The notes under the pieces were generated by a model that saw only the letters and a list, made by a program, of their open reading frames with translations, was not told the origin of the DNA and searched no databases. The position numbers were made by a program, and so were the translations under genes. From contig CAVRGM010000003.1 of assembly GCA_963720715.1 (NCBI GenBank), forward strand, positions 45,427-109,426: a DNA stretch of 64,000 bases, given 5' to 3'. Below are positions 28,251 to 37,752 of this stretch, piece by piece; position 1 is the first letter of the stretch; every line of letters starts with the position of its first letter. The stretch is from an uncultured Chloroflexia bacterium. GTDB lineage: Bacteria > Chloroflexota > Limnocylindria > Limnocylindrales > CSP1-4.

Positions 28251-28814
28251 ATGGACGACGGACTGGTCGAGATGGTCGTCGAGAGCGTCCGGGTCCACAT
28301 GCTCTCCAGCCGCCACGTGGTCATCCTCAAGGAGGCGGCCGCCGAACGCGAGCGCTACCTGCCCATCTGGATCGGCCCGTGGGAAGCGAGCGCCATCGCC
28401 ATGCGACTGCAGGGCCTGGCCCCGGAACGTCCGCTGACGCACGACCTGTTCGCGGCCACGCTCGAGGCGGTCGGTGCCCGGATCGAACGGGTCGTCATCA
28501 GCGACTTGGCCGACGAGACGTTCCACGCCCGCATCCTGCTCGATCGGGATGGCCGGTCGTCAGAGGTGGATGCCCGGCCGTCGGACGCGCTCGCCCTGGC
28601 GGTCAGGACAGGGTCGCCGATCTACTGCTCGGAGGCCGTCCTGGAACAGGCGGCACTCGGCCGGGACGGCGGCCTCGGCGATGACACCGATGACGAGGGC
28701 TCGACCCTTGAGACGACCGGCGAGCGGTTGGTCGATCCGCGCCTGGATGTCTTCCGTGACTTCGTCAACTCGCTGGAGGCAGACGCCGAGGGGGGCGAAG
28801 GGCGCTCGAGCTAG
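28251..28814 (+). CDS. bifunctional nuclease (BFN/DUF151 domain) protein
   Basis: 'LPIWIGPWEASAIAMRLQG…RPLTHDL…ETFHARILLDRDG…DARPSDALALAVRTGSPIY' matches the DNase-RNase BFN domain pattern. Confidence 0.7.
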   Translation: MDDGLVEMVVESVRVHMLSSRHVVILKEAAAERERYLPIWIGPWEASAIAMRLQGLAPERPLTHDLFAATLEAVGARIERVVISDLADETFHARILLDRDGRSSEVDARPSDALALAVRTGSPIYCSEAVLEQAALGRDGGLGDDTDDEGSTLETTGERLVDPRLDVFRDFVNSLEADAEGGEGRSS

Positions 28815-30337
28815 ATCGACGTCCGGCGACCGATGACCCGGCTGAGTTTCGAGGCATCGACGCCATCGATGTACTCGAGGTCGTAGCGCGCGGCCAGGGC
28901 GGTCACCTCGCGCGGATCGGTCCGGATGACGTAGACCGGCCGACGCCCGAGGTTGGCATCGATGACGTCATAGATCGAGCCGAGATCCTCGTCCAGCCGG
29001 GTCCGGTCGTCGACGATCTCGATGTCGGGACGCTCGCCCAGGACCCGTTGTCGATACCAGAGGGGTGTGGAGTAACTCCACCAGCTCACGATCACGGCGT
29101 CTGGTCCCATGATGGTCAACGCGTGGTCCACCCACTGCTCCGCCGAACGGTTCTGGCTGGCATCCACGGTGGGGTACCGCTTCGGGATCGCGCCGATCGT
29201 CGGCCACACCAGGGCGAGGGCCACGATGATCGGGACGACCCGGCGGATCGGCGCTGATCTCGGTGACGGTCTGCCGACAAGGCCGACCAGGGCGTCCACG
29301 ACCGTGCCAGCCAGGATCGCCAGCCAGGTCCAGGTCATGAGGACCGGACCGAGGTAGTAGCGCAGGATGTTGGCGTTGTCGTACGACGCCGCGAAGAAGC
29401 AGGTGATCGCGACAGTGAGTCCGGTCAGGAGCGCATAGCGTGGCTGACGGATCGCGGTCACCACGAAGGCGATCGGGATGGCCGCGGCCAGGATCCCGTA
29501 CTGGTCGATCGCGCGTTGGACCAGCGTCCCGAATTTGCCCGGCAAGTCGCCCAACGGATCGATCACACTGCCCGTGAATTGCTGGCCCAGGACGACGTAC
29601 AGAAAACCGCTCAGGGTCTCGGGCCGGCCGTACACGAGGGGGGCACGGAACGGTCCCGCCCGGAGCGGCAATTCGAGGTAGACGATCGCCAGAGTGACCG
29701 CCAGCGCGAGGACGCACATCGCCACCAGGCGTCGATCACGCCAGATCGTCTGGTCCACCGCCAGGACATACAAGCCGACCGGCAGGGCGAGAAGCAGGGT
29801 CAGCGAATGGTTGCCGACGGCCAGACCGAAGACGACCGCGGCAGCGATCAGGTAGCGGTCGTCACGGCCATCACGCTCAGGGTCGTCCCAGGCGACGAGC
29901 AGCCAGAGCAGGATGGCCACGAAGGCGAGATGGAGTGAATGGGCCTCGGCCCGCGTGGCGATGGCCCAGGCGATCGGGGTCAGCGCCAGCCCGATCCCGG
30001 CCGCCAATCCGATGGCCAGCCAGCCGGACAGGCGGCGCGCCAGGTCCACGGTCACGCCGGCTGCGACGGCGAGGCAGACCGCCGAGAACAGGTTCATCCG
30101 AAACGCCGGCTCGCCGAATCCCTGGAGCAGGATGGATGCGACCCAGCCGAGCAGGACATAGGTCGGGAACCCTGTCGGGTGGGCGGTCCCCAAGAGTGGT
30201 CCCACGGCCTGGAGCTCAGCCGTGTCCCAATAGCCAAGACCGGGCAGGAGAGCCAGCCAGCCCGCGATGAAGGCGACACCAGCGGCGAGAAAGACGGCGG
30301 CCAGCCTGACCCGGCGCGACGTGACGGCATCGTTCAT
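28811..30337 (-). CDS. DUF2723-type integral membrane protein (GT-C-like glycosyltransferase, TMEM260-like)
   Basis: 508 aa and polytopic. 'GYWDTAELQAVGPLLGTAHPTGFPTYVLLGW' resembles the conserved first-loop motif of DUF2723/PMT-like GT-C enzymes. It is divergent from the giant GT-C gene. Confidence 0.55.
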   Translation of the reverse strand: MNDAVTSRRVRLAAVFLAAGVAFIAGWLALLPGLGYWDTAELQAVGPLLGTAHPTGFPTYVLLGWVASILLQGFGEPAFRMNLFSAVCLAVAAGVTVDLARRLSGWLAIGLAAGIGLALTPIAWAIATRAEAHSLHLAFVAILLWLLVAWDDPERDGRDDRYLIAAAVVFGLAVGNHSLTLLLALPVGLYVLAVDQTIWRDRRLVAMCVLALAVTLAIVYLELPLRAGPFRAPLVYGRPETLSGFLYVVLGQQFTGSVIDPLGDLPGKFGTLVQRAIDQYGILAAAIPIAFVVTAIRQPRYALLTGLTVAITCFFAASYDNANILRYYLGPVLMTWTWLAILAGTVVDALVGLVGRPSPRSAPIRRVVPIIVALALVWPTIGAIPKRYPTVDASQNRSAEQWVDHALTIMGPDAVIVSWWSYSTPLWYRQRVLGERPDIEIVDDRTRLDEDLGSIYDVIDANLGRRPVYVIRTDPREVTALAARYDLEYIDGVDASKLSRVIGRRTSI

Positions 30338-30347
30338 CGGCGCAAGG

Positions 30348-33300
30348 ATGCCCTATCTGCGCCCTGTGCTACGCTCCCAGCCACCTTCCACGCTCGTGCA
30401 GGAGCCGTTCCCGGTGACTGGCCCCGAGACACACGGGATCGAGCGAGAGACACGAGCGCCGTCATTGGTGACCGGGACGCGGGGAGCCGTCGGCGCGATC
30501 CTCGTCGTCCTCGCGCTCGGCCTGGTCTTCCGTCTGATCCTCGCATATCGACTTCCAGGCTCCGGGTTCGAGGTCGACCTGGGCGCATTCCGGTACTGGG
30601 CGTCGAACCTCGCCTCCGAAGGGCCGTTCGGCTTCTACGACCGCGACTTCTTCCACGACTACACGCCTGGCTACCTGTACGTCCTGTGGCTCGTCGGCGT
30701 CGTCGGCAACGTCGTCGGTGGTGTTGGCGACCTGATCAAGATCCCGCCGATCCTGGCCGACCTGGCCATCGGCTGGCTCGTCTGGTCGATGGTCCGCGAG
30801 CTCGGCGGGCGGGACCGGCTGGCGCTGGCGGCGGGGCTCGTGGCCGTCCTGAACCCGATCACCTGGTTCGACAGCGTCGTCTGGGGCCAGGCCGATTCAG
30901 TCGGTGTCGTGTTCCTGTTGCTCGGGTTGCGCGAGCTGTGGCGCGACCGGCCCGAACGGGCGGCGATCTTCACGGTCGTCGCGGCGATCATCAAGCCGCA
31001 ACTCGGGATCCTCATCCCGATCGTCGCCGTGGTCACCATCCGGCGCGCACTCTGGCCAGCCGGCGGGCACGGCGACCCGACCCGGACCGGGCGACCGCTC
31101 AGGATCCTGACGACCGGTCTGGCCGGCTACCTGACCGCCGTGGTCATGTGCCTGCCGTTCGGCCTGACCGTCATCGGGTTGAGCGGCCAGCCGCCGTATC
31201 TGACGTCCGGGCTGCTGGAACAGGTCGCGGTCGCAGCCGGCGGCTATCCGTACCTGACGGTGAACGCCTACAACCCCTGGGCGCTGATGCCGTCCGATCT
31301 CGGCCAGAGTCTGGCCAACGCCGGGCAATGGGTCTGTGACTATGCCGGGACGGCCGCGGACTGTGGGGCCGGGTCGGCCACGTTCGGACCGATCCCTGCC
31401 GTAGTCGTCGGTACGACCCTGCTCCTGGCGGCGATCGCGCTGATCCTGGTGGTCGTCGCCCGGCGTCCCGACCGGCTGACCCTGCTCGTCGGCCTGGCCG
31501 TCCTGGCCCTGGCATTCTTCGTCCTTCCGACCCGGGTCCACGAGCGGTACGGCTTCCCGTTCTTCGCCATGGCCGTGATCCTGGCGGCGATCTCGTGGCG
31601 CTGGCGGATCGCCTACCTCGTCCTGTCCGTGGCGACGTTCGCCAACATGTACGTCGTCCTGACCACGCTCTATCCCGACAACCCGTCGATCGCGGATTGG
31701 CTGGGCCTCGGGCCGGCCATCCGCTCCGAGGCGGGAGTCATCGCCGTCTCCGTGCTGCATACGGCGGCCTTCGCCTGGGCGTTCCTGCAGCTCAGGTCGG
31801 GGACGCGCGCCCGGCTCGCCAACGAACTCGCGGCAGCGTCGGTGAAGGATCCGCCCGAGGCGGCAGCGGATCCCGGAGAACCCGTCGCGCCTCCCGTTCC
31901 CGCGCTGGGGACCGGCATTCGAACCCGTTCCGCAGGGGCCGCGGTCCGACCACCCGTGGTCGGACCGGCCGTGGCCGCGACCATGCCGACCTGGAAGGCT
32001 CGGCCCAGCTTCGAGGAGACCGGCATCGTCGGCTGGTTCCGGGCTCGCCTGGCTGACCCTCCCGTCCGGCCCGACCGGAGTGCCGTCCTTCGGTCGGAGG
32101 GCGGGGGGCGGCTGGACCGACTCGATCTGTGGTTGGTCATCGCCCTCGTCGTCGGCTCGATGTTGCTGCGCACGTATCGACTCGAACAGCCGTACCAGAT
32201 GCACTTCGACGAGGTGTACCACGCTCGGACCGCGGCCGAATTCCTCCAGGATTGGCGCTACGGCCTGTCCCACGACATCTACGAATGGACGCACCCACAC
32301 CTGGCCAAGTACGCGATGGCCGGCGGGCTCGTCCTGTGGGGCGGCGATCACGTCGGCGCGACGAGCGACCTCGGTGTGCCGGTCCGTGGCGTCGCGGTCG
32401 AGCCTCGGCGGCTCGACCAGTCGGCTCCCGGATCGCGGGCCGGTGAACGCCTCCACGTTGCCACTGGGTCCGAGGTCCGAACCTACGACCTGAACAGCCG
32501 AGCGCTGCTCTCAGTCGTCCCCTCTCCGGGCGCCACGAGCGTGGCCATCGATGACGCCCGAAACCAGCTGGTCGTCGGGGGTGAAGACGGCAGCCTGTCC
32601 ACTCTCGACCTCGCCTACCTCGACGCCGACGGGCAAGAGGCCGGGGTGGAGCCGCTTGCACTCGCGACCGTCGATCACCCGGTCGACCATCTGCTGGTCA
32701 GCCAGGACGGCGCAACGGTCATCGCGGCCTCCGGCGAGCGGCTGTCGGTGGTGGACCTTGACAGCGGCCAGGTGAAGGGCTCGATGGACCTGCCGGCCAT
32801 CGCCGATCTGGCGCCTGGGGGCAGTGGATCGTCGGTCGTGGCCGACATCGATGAAGTGACCGACCCGGCGGCTGTCGCCTCCGCCCTGGCGGCCATCCTC
32901 GATGCGGACGGGTCGTCCGGGTCCGAGGCCGACCTGGCCGCCGATTTCGAGGACCGCCTGGCATCTGGCGCGGCCGGCGGTTCGGTCACGCTCGGTGACC
33001 CGGGCAGCGGCGATACCCGAACGGCGCTCGACGACGCCATCGCCAGCGGGTCACTGCCGGGTGTCCGGGTCGACCAGGTCGACCGGATCGCGGTGGCGAC
33101 CGGCGACGGGGTCGCCTTCATCGATCCGGACCGGGTCTCGCTGATCACGACCGTCGTGCTCGAGGGTGGTGCCCACGGCCTCGCCATGGCGACCGGTCTG
33201 GATGACCCGAAGCTGTACGCGACAGCCGGTGACGCCAGCGCACCCGCCTACGAAGTGATCACCGTCGGCGGTGACTCGGCCAAGGGAGGACCGGTCGCCA

Positions 33301-35774
33301 GCGGGGACCACCCGCTCCCCGGGCTCGGGTCATCGGTCGCGTACGACCCGGCCAGCCAGATGATCCACATCCTCGGGCAGGCGCCGGCGCCGGATCAGGC
33401 CGACTGGACCGTCTACGTCGTCGAACCGCACGGCAACTCGGTCTTTGCCGACGCCCGCCTGCCCGAAGGGACGACACCGAGCGCCTGGGCGGCCGACTTC
33501 AACGCTGACTACCCGTCAGAGGATCGCCAGCAGTTGCTGGTGTTCGACGCGGACGGCCAGACCGCCGCCATCGACACCGGCTCGCACGCCTTTGCCTGGC
33601 GCCTGCCTGGCGTCATCGCCGGAGCTTTGACGGCCGGATTGCTCTTCCTGCTGACCCGGATCCTGTTCCGTCGACGCCTTGTGGCGGGCCTGGTGGGGCT
33701 CTTCGTCATCGCCGACGGGATGTTCTTCGTCCAGTCGCGGATCGGCATGAACGACGTCTATGTCGGGCTGTTCATCGTCGCCGCGTACACCCTGTTCGCG
33801 ACCATCTGGACCGGGTGGTGGCGTAGCCGAGGGGCGTTCTGGATCGCCATGCCGATCGTCGGGATCCTGCTTGGTCTGGCTCTCGCCAGCAAGTGGGTCG
33901 CCGCATATGCGATCGGGGCGCTGGTCCTGCTGATCCTCATCCGGAGCGCGCTGGGGCGCGTCCTGGCCATCCTCGGGTTGATCGGGATCACCACCGTCCT
34001 CGGCTACATGGCCATCTCCGTCGCGGCGGTCGAAGGCGGCCCGGACCCGGGTTTCGGCAACTTGACCTTCCTGCTGATCATGGTCGCCCTGACGCTGCTG
34101 GCGGTCGTGGTCGCGGTGCTGCATCCGATCGCCTGGACCGATGAAGAGATGCGCTTCGCGGTCGTCGCTCCATCGGTCCTCGGCGGGTTCGTGTTCTTCG
34201 GCGCACTGGCCCTGGGCAAGGTCGATCATCAGATCGCGCTCGGACCACTGGCCGTCACTCCGCTCCTCACGGCCATCGCCCTGGCCCTGGGTTCGCTCGT
34301 TGTGGTCGTCCTGTTCACGATCGGCGGGCGGCTGGGCTTCGGACCGCTGGCGGGGCCACCGGCGATGGACGATCCGATCCGACTGCTGGACCCGCCCGGG
34401 ACGCCGCCGGACGGCTGGCTGCGCCCGGGCTGGCTGGCCGGGATCCCGGTCGTCTGGGTCATCGTGAGCCTGACCGTCGTCCCGTTGGCGGTCTACGTCA
34501 TCAGCTACATCCCGTGGGCGATGATCGAGAACCACCAGATCATCGCGGGATGGCCCCCGGGTCACACCGGCCAGACGTTGCTTGACCTCACCGGTCAGAT
34601 GTACGGCTACCACAACGGCCTGACGTCCGCGCACCCCGCGTCCTCGCCGTGGTGGGCCTGGCCGATGAACCTCAAGCCCGTCTGGTTCTATCAGGAGGGT
34701 CTGGCCGCCGGTACGTCGGCGGCCCTGTACGACGCGGGCAGCCTGGTCATCTGGTGGATGAGCATCCCGGCAATGGCCTTCGTGTCATACATGGCGTACA
34801 AGCGACGCAGCCTGGCCCTGACCCTGATCGCCATCGGCTTCGCGGCCCAATGGATCCCCTGGGCGCGGATCGACCGGGCGGCATTCCAGTACCACTACTA
34901 CACGGCGCTGCCGTTCCTGGTCATGTCGCTGGCCTATTTCGCCGCCGAACTGTGGCACGGGGCATCGCGCCACACCTGGCTACTTGCCCGAGCCGCGGCC
35001 GCGATCGCGATCATGGGGCCAGCGATCCTGTGGCTGCTCGATCGGCCGCTGTGCGCGTTCGTCGGCGTCGACTCGGTCAACCCCGGATCCGCCGCCTGCC
35101 CCGCGGTCATCCCCGACTTCGTCCTGACCGCCCGAACGGCCGGGCTGGCGCTCGTTGCCGGCATCGGACTGGTTCTCATCGTGTGGCGCTTCCTCGCGTT
35201 CGAGTCTGACGAGGAGGTCGACGGCGAGGGTGGCCGGCTGACGTCAGCGCTCCGGTCCCTGGTCCTGACCGGGATCGTGGTCATCGTCGGGTTGATCGTC
35301 GTGGCGTTCCTGCCGGACACCCAGATCCTGGTCCTGACCAACGTCCCGGTCGAACCGATCGCGCTGGTCGTCGCGATCCCCCTCGGCTTCCTGGCGCTCC
35401 AGGTCTTCGCCTCACGCGACGCCCGCCGATTCGTGGTCGGTCTCGGGGTGGCGGTCGTGGCCTGGTTCGTCATCCTGTACCCGAACATCAGTGCGCTACC
35501 GCTCCCGTCGGCCGTCGTCGCCGCGTACCAGGGGATCCTGCCGACCTACCTGTATGCGTTCCAGTTCCCGGTCAGCACCGTCACTCGCGCCACCGACACG
35601 CCGATCCTGACCCCGATGCTCGCGATCCTCGGGATCGCCCTGACCGTGACCTGCCTGGTCGTCGCCTATTCGGCCTGGGTCTGGCGGCTGACGCTGGCCG
35701 ACGCGAAGGCGGCGTCCACTGAGTCAGCGACCGCGGACGGCCCCGAACCGATCGTGCGGACCGGGGGGACCTGA
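30348..35774 (+). CDS. giant (~1800 aa) membrane glycosyltransferase fusion: N-terminal GT-C domain (DUF2029/GT87-like) + beta-propeller-like repeats + PMT/GT39-like polyprenyl-phosphate-dependent glycosyltransferase
   Basis: The N-terminal polytopic domain has 'FRYWASNLASEGPFGFYDRDFFHDYTPGYLY'. The middle (~aa 700-1100) has repeated 'V(V)DLxSGxV…DG' strands. The C-terminal half carries the PMT signatures 'QMHFDEVYHARTAAEFL' and 'YEWTHPHLAKY', with a PMT-like TM core 'IADGMFFVQSRIGMNDVYVGLFIVAAY'. The start is set at the ATG at 30348 (a GTG at 30414 is an alternative). The ORF track's start at 30267 would overlap the divergent gene. Confidence 0.7.
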   Translation: MPYLRPVLRSQPPSTLVQEPFPVTGPETHGIERETRAPSLVTGTRGAVGAILVVLALGLVFRLILAYRLPGSGFEVDLGAFRYWASNLASEGPFGFYDRDFFHDYTPGYLYVLWLVGVVGNVVGGVGDLIKIPPILADLAIGWLVWSMVRELGGRDRLALAAGLVAVLNPITWFDSVVWGQADSVGVVFLLLGLRELWRDRPERAAIFTVVAAIIKPQLGILIPIVAVVTIRRALWPAGGHGDPTRTGRPLRILTTGLAGYLTAVVMCLPFGLTVIGLSGQPPYLTSGLLEQVAVAAGGYPYLTVNAYNPWALMPSDLGQSLANAGQWVCDYAGTAADCGAGSATFGPIPAVVVGTTLLLAAIALILVVVARRPDRLTLLVGLAVLALAFFVLPTRVHERYGFPFFAMAVILAAISWRWRIAYLVLSVATFANMYVVLTTLYPDNPSIADWLGLGPAIRSEAGVIAVSVLHTAAFAWAFLQLRSGTRARLANELAAASVKDPPEAAADPGEPVAPPVPALGTGIRTRSAGAAVRPPVVGPAVAATMPTWKARPSFEETGIVGWFRARLADPPVRPDRSAVLRSEGGGRLDRLDLWLVIALVVGSMLLRTYRLEQPYQMHFDEVYHARTAAEFLQDWRYGLSHDIYEWTHPHLAKYAMAGGLVLWGGDHVGATSDLGVPVRGVAVEPRRLDQSAPGSRAGERLHVATGSEVRTYDLNSRALLSVVPSPGATSVAIDDARNQLVVGGEDGSLSTLDLAYLDADGQEAGVEPLALATVDHPVDHLLVSQDGATVIAASGERLSVVDLDSGQVKGSMDLPAIADLAPGGSGSSVVADIDEVTDPAAVASALAAILDADGSSGSEADLAADFEDRLASGAAGGSVTLGDPGSGDTRTALDDAIASGSLPGVRVDQVDRIAVATGDGVAFIDPDRVSLITTVVLEGGAHGLAMATGLDDPKLYATAGDASAPAYEVITVGGDSAKGGPVASGDHPLPGLGSSVAYDPASQMIHILGQAPAPDQADWTVYVVEPHGNSVFADARLPEGTTPSAWAADFNADYPSEDRQQLLVFDADGQTAAIDTGSHAFAWRLPGVIAGALTAGLLFLLTRILFRRRLVAGLVGLFVIADGMFFVQSRIGMNDVYVGLFIVAAYTLFATIWTGWWRSRGAFWIAMPIVGILLGLALASKWVAAYAIGALVLLILIRSALGRVLAILGLIGITTVLGYMAISVAAVEGGPDPGFGNLTFLLIMVALTLLAVVVAVLHPIAWTDEEMRFAVVAPSVLGGFVFFGALALGKVDHQIALGPLAVTPLLTAIALALGSLVVVVLFTIGGRLGFGPLAGPPAMDDPIRLLDPPGTPPDGWLRPGWLAGIPVVWVIVSLTVVPLAVYVISYIPWAMIENHQIIAGWPPGHTGQTLLDLTGQMYGYHNGLTSAHPASSPWWAWPMNLKPVWFYQEGLAAGTSAALYDAGSLVIWWMSIPAMAFVSYMAYKRRSLALTLIAIGFAAQWIPWARIDRAAFQYHYYTALPFLVMSLAYFAAELWHGASRHTWLLARAAAAIAIMGPAILWLLDRPLCAFVGVDSVNPGSAACPAVIPDFVLTARTAGLALVAGIGLVLIVWRFLAFESDEEVDGEGGRLTSALRSLVLTGIVVIVGLIVVAFLPDTQILVLTNVPVEPIALVVAIPLGFLALQVFASRDARRFVVGLGVAVVAWFVILYPNISALPLPSAVVAAYQGILPTYLYAFQFPVSTVTRATDTPILTPMLAILGIALTVTCLVVAYSAWVWRLTLADAKAASTESATADGPEPIVRTGGT

Positions 35775-36925
35775 GGGACGGCCGAGCGGAAGTCGGGCGG
35801 CAACGCCCCGTTGGCCTCCAGGCGCCGGATCACGAACCCGTAGTAGTCCTCGACCTTGGCCGTGACACTCGGCCAGCTGAACGCCTCGGCGCGCGCCCGA
35901 CCGGCGCTGCCCATCTCGCGACGCAGGTCTGGGTCATCGAGCAGCCGAGCGATCGCGGCGGCCAGTTCATCCGGATCTCGTGGCGGGACGAGCAGGCCCT
36001 CGCGCCCGCGCCGGACGACGCCCTTGTAGCCGTGGATGTCCGAGGCCACGATCGGCGCCCCGGCGGCCATCGCCTCCAGCAGGACGATGCCGAATGACTC
36101 GCGTCCGGTCGCCGGAGCCACGTAGATGTCGGCGGTCCGGAACAGCTGGGCCTTCTCGGCATCGCTGACGCGCCCGAGGAACTCGACGGCCTGGAGACCG
36201 CGTGTCGCGACGTACCGTCGTGCTTCGCGCTCCTGCGGTCCGGACCCGACGACGAGCAGGCGCTCGTCGTAGCCCGACTTGCGCAGGATCCGATGTGCCT
36301 TGAGCAGGTCGAGGAGGCCCTTGCGTGGCTCATGCCGGCCGACGAAGAGGACGTTGGGCGTGCCGTCCTGCCAGCGCGCGATGGGGACGGCACCTTCGAA
36401 CCGAGGGATATCGACGCCGTTGGGGATGACCTTGTAGTCGCCGGGGAAGAACCGGTCGATGAAGTGGCGGGCGGCGGCGCTGACCGCGATCCGACCGTGG
36501 AGCTTCGCGGCATGGTCCTTCATCACCCGACTGCCGATCTCGTACGACGGCGAGAACCCCGCGTAGGCGTGGAAGGTCGCGATGTTGACACTGCGAGATT
36601 CACGCAGGAGGAAGAGCGACAGGAACGGCACGAATGGCTCGTGGAGGTGGAGGATGTCGAATCGCTCGCGGGCGAGCAGATCGCGGACCTGGCCGACATA
36701 GCGCGGCGAGAACGTCAGCGTCCCGATGGAGCCGTTGAGCGGCATGCTGAAGCCGACACCGATCCGCAGGATGTCGCCCTCCGACGAGCGCTGCGGTCCG
36801 TGGCTGGCGGTGATGATCCGGACGTCGTGCCCGCTCAGCCGAAGGTTCTCGTAGAGGTGACGGACGTGCTGGGCCACACCACCGGCTTCAGGGTAGATGT
36901 ACGGGCAGACCAGGCCGATCTTCAT
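35666..36925 (-). CDS. pimA: GT4 glycosyltransferase, PimA-like phosphatidylinositol mannosyltransferase
   Basis: 419 aa. The N-terminus 'MKIGLVCPYIYPEAGGVAQHV' and the C-terminal 'ESFGIVLLEAMAAGAPIVASDIHGY' EX7E region are typical of GT4/PimA. Its 3' end overlaps the convergent giant GT gene by ~108 nt. Confidence 0.8.
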   Translation of the reverse strand: MKIGLVCPYIYPEAGGVAQHVRHLYENLRLSGHDVRIITASHGPQRSSEGDILRIGVGFSMPLNGSIGTLTFSPRYVGQVRDLLARERFDILHLHEPFVPFLSLFLLRESRSVNIATFHAYAGFSPSYEIGSRVMKDHAAKLHGRIAVSAAARHFIDRFFPGDYKVIPNGVDIPRFEGAVPIARWQDGTPNVLFVGRHEPRKGLLDLLKAHRILRKSGYDERLLVVGSGPQEREARRYVATRGLQAVEFLGRVSDAEKAQLFRTADIYVAPATGRESFGIVLLEAMAAGAPIVASDIHGYKGVVRRGREGLLVPPRDPDELAAAIARLLDDPDLRREMGSAGRARAEAFSWPSVTAKVEDYYGFVIRRLEANGALPPDFRSAVPQVPPVRTIGSGPSAVADSVDAAFASASVSRQTQAE

Positions 36926-37752
36926 CGTGGGCCGCCGTCACCGAGTTTGCCGAGATCCGCGCCCTCGAACCGCGGGGGCCGTTGCCGACCGCCAGGGTAG
37001 CCGTGGTCGCGACCGGTGCCATCACGTCGGATCCGGCCGGCGACCTCGTCCCGTGCGTCGCGTCCACGCTTGCGCAACTGTTCGCCGAACGTGCCGAGCT
37101 GTCCGGCCGTGGCATGGAACGACCCCCCGTGTTCCGTCGTCCGGGCATCGATCGCCCGCCGCAGGTCGGCGGCATCCCGGCCAGGGAACGTCGTCCAGCC
37201 TGTTCCGATGGCGTCGACCGCGTGGGCGTCGCTGTTCCCGAGGTGGGCCAGACCGTGGTCGTCGGCGAAGCGGACGACCCTGCTGTGGAGCGGCCGACCC
37301 AGGCTCGTCGGATTGAACGTCTCGAGACCGTCGGGCCTGGCCCCCGGGTCGGCGTCGTCGAGGAGACGGCGCAGGGTCCAGGCCTGGGCACACAGCGGGT
37401 AGGGCACCAGGGGATGGGCCGGGATGGCCAATCCGCCGGCCTCGTGGACGGCGAGGATCGTCGTCCGCATCGACCGATAGGGTCGGATCGGGCCGTCGAT
37501 GAACAGGGCAAGCAGGTGACCGCCGAGCGTGGTGACCTCTTCGCCGACGACGACCTCGAAGGGCAGGGCTCGATCGATGGCCATCGTGCGGGCGGCCAGC
37601 GCGGCGTCGATCCGCTCGTGGTCCGTGATGGCGATGACATCCAGGTCACCCCGGTCGGCCACCGCAGCGAGGATCGTCTCGACCCCGGCGGTGCCGTCGC
37701 TGGCCAGGCTGTGGATATGCAGGTCGGCTCGCCCTGGCTCAGATGCCGTCAT
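36922..37752 (-). CDS. PHP-domain metal-dependent phosphoesterase
   Basis: 'ADLHIHSLASDG', 'AITDHE', and 'HLGNSDAHAV' form the PHP His/Asp metal-binding pattern. The start is at 'MTASEPGRADLHIHS'. Its stop overlaps the pimA-like start, indicating an operon. Confidence 0.7.
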   Translation of the reverse strand: MTASEPGRADLHIHSLASDGTAGVETILAAVADRGDLDVIAITDHERIDAALAARTMAIDRALPFEVVVGEEVTTLGGHLLALFIDGPIRPYRSMRTTILAVHEAGGLAIPAHPLVPYPLCAQAWTLRRLLDDADPGARPDGLETFNPTSLGRPLHSRVVRFADDHGLAHLGNSDAHAVDAIGTGWTTFPGRDAADLRRAIDARTTEHGGSFHATAGQLGTFGEQLRKRGRDARDEVAGRIRRDGTGRDHGYPGGRQRPPRFEGADLGKLGDGGPR

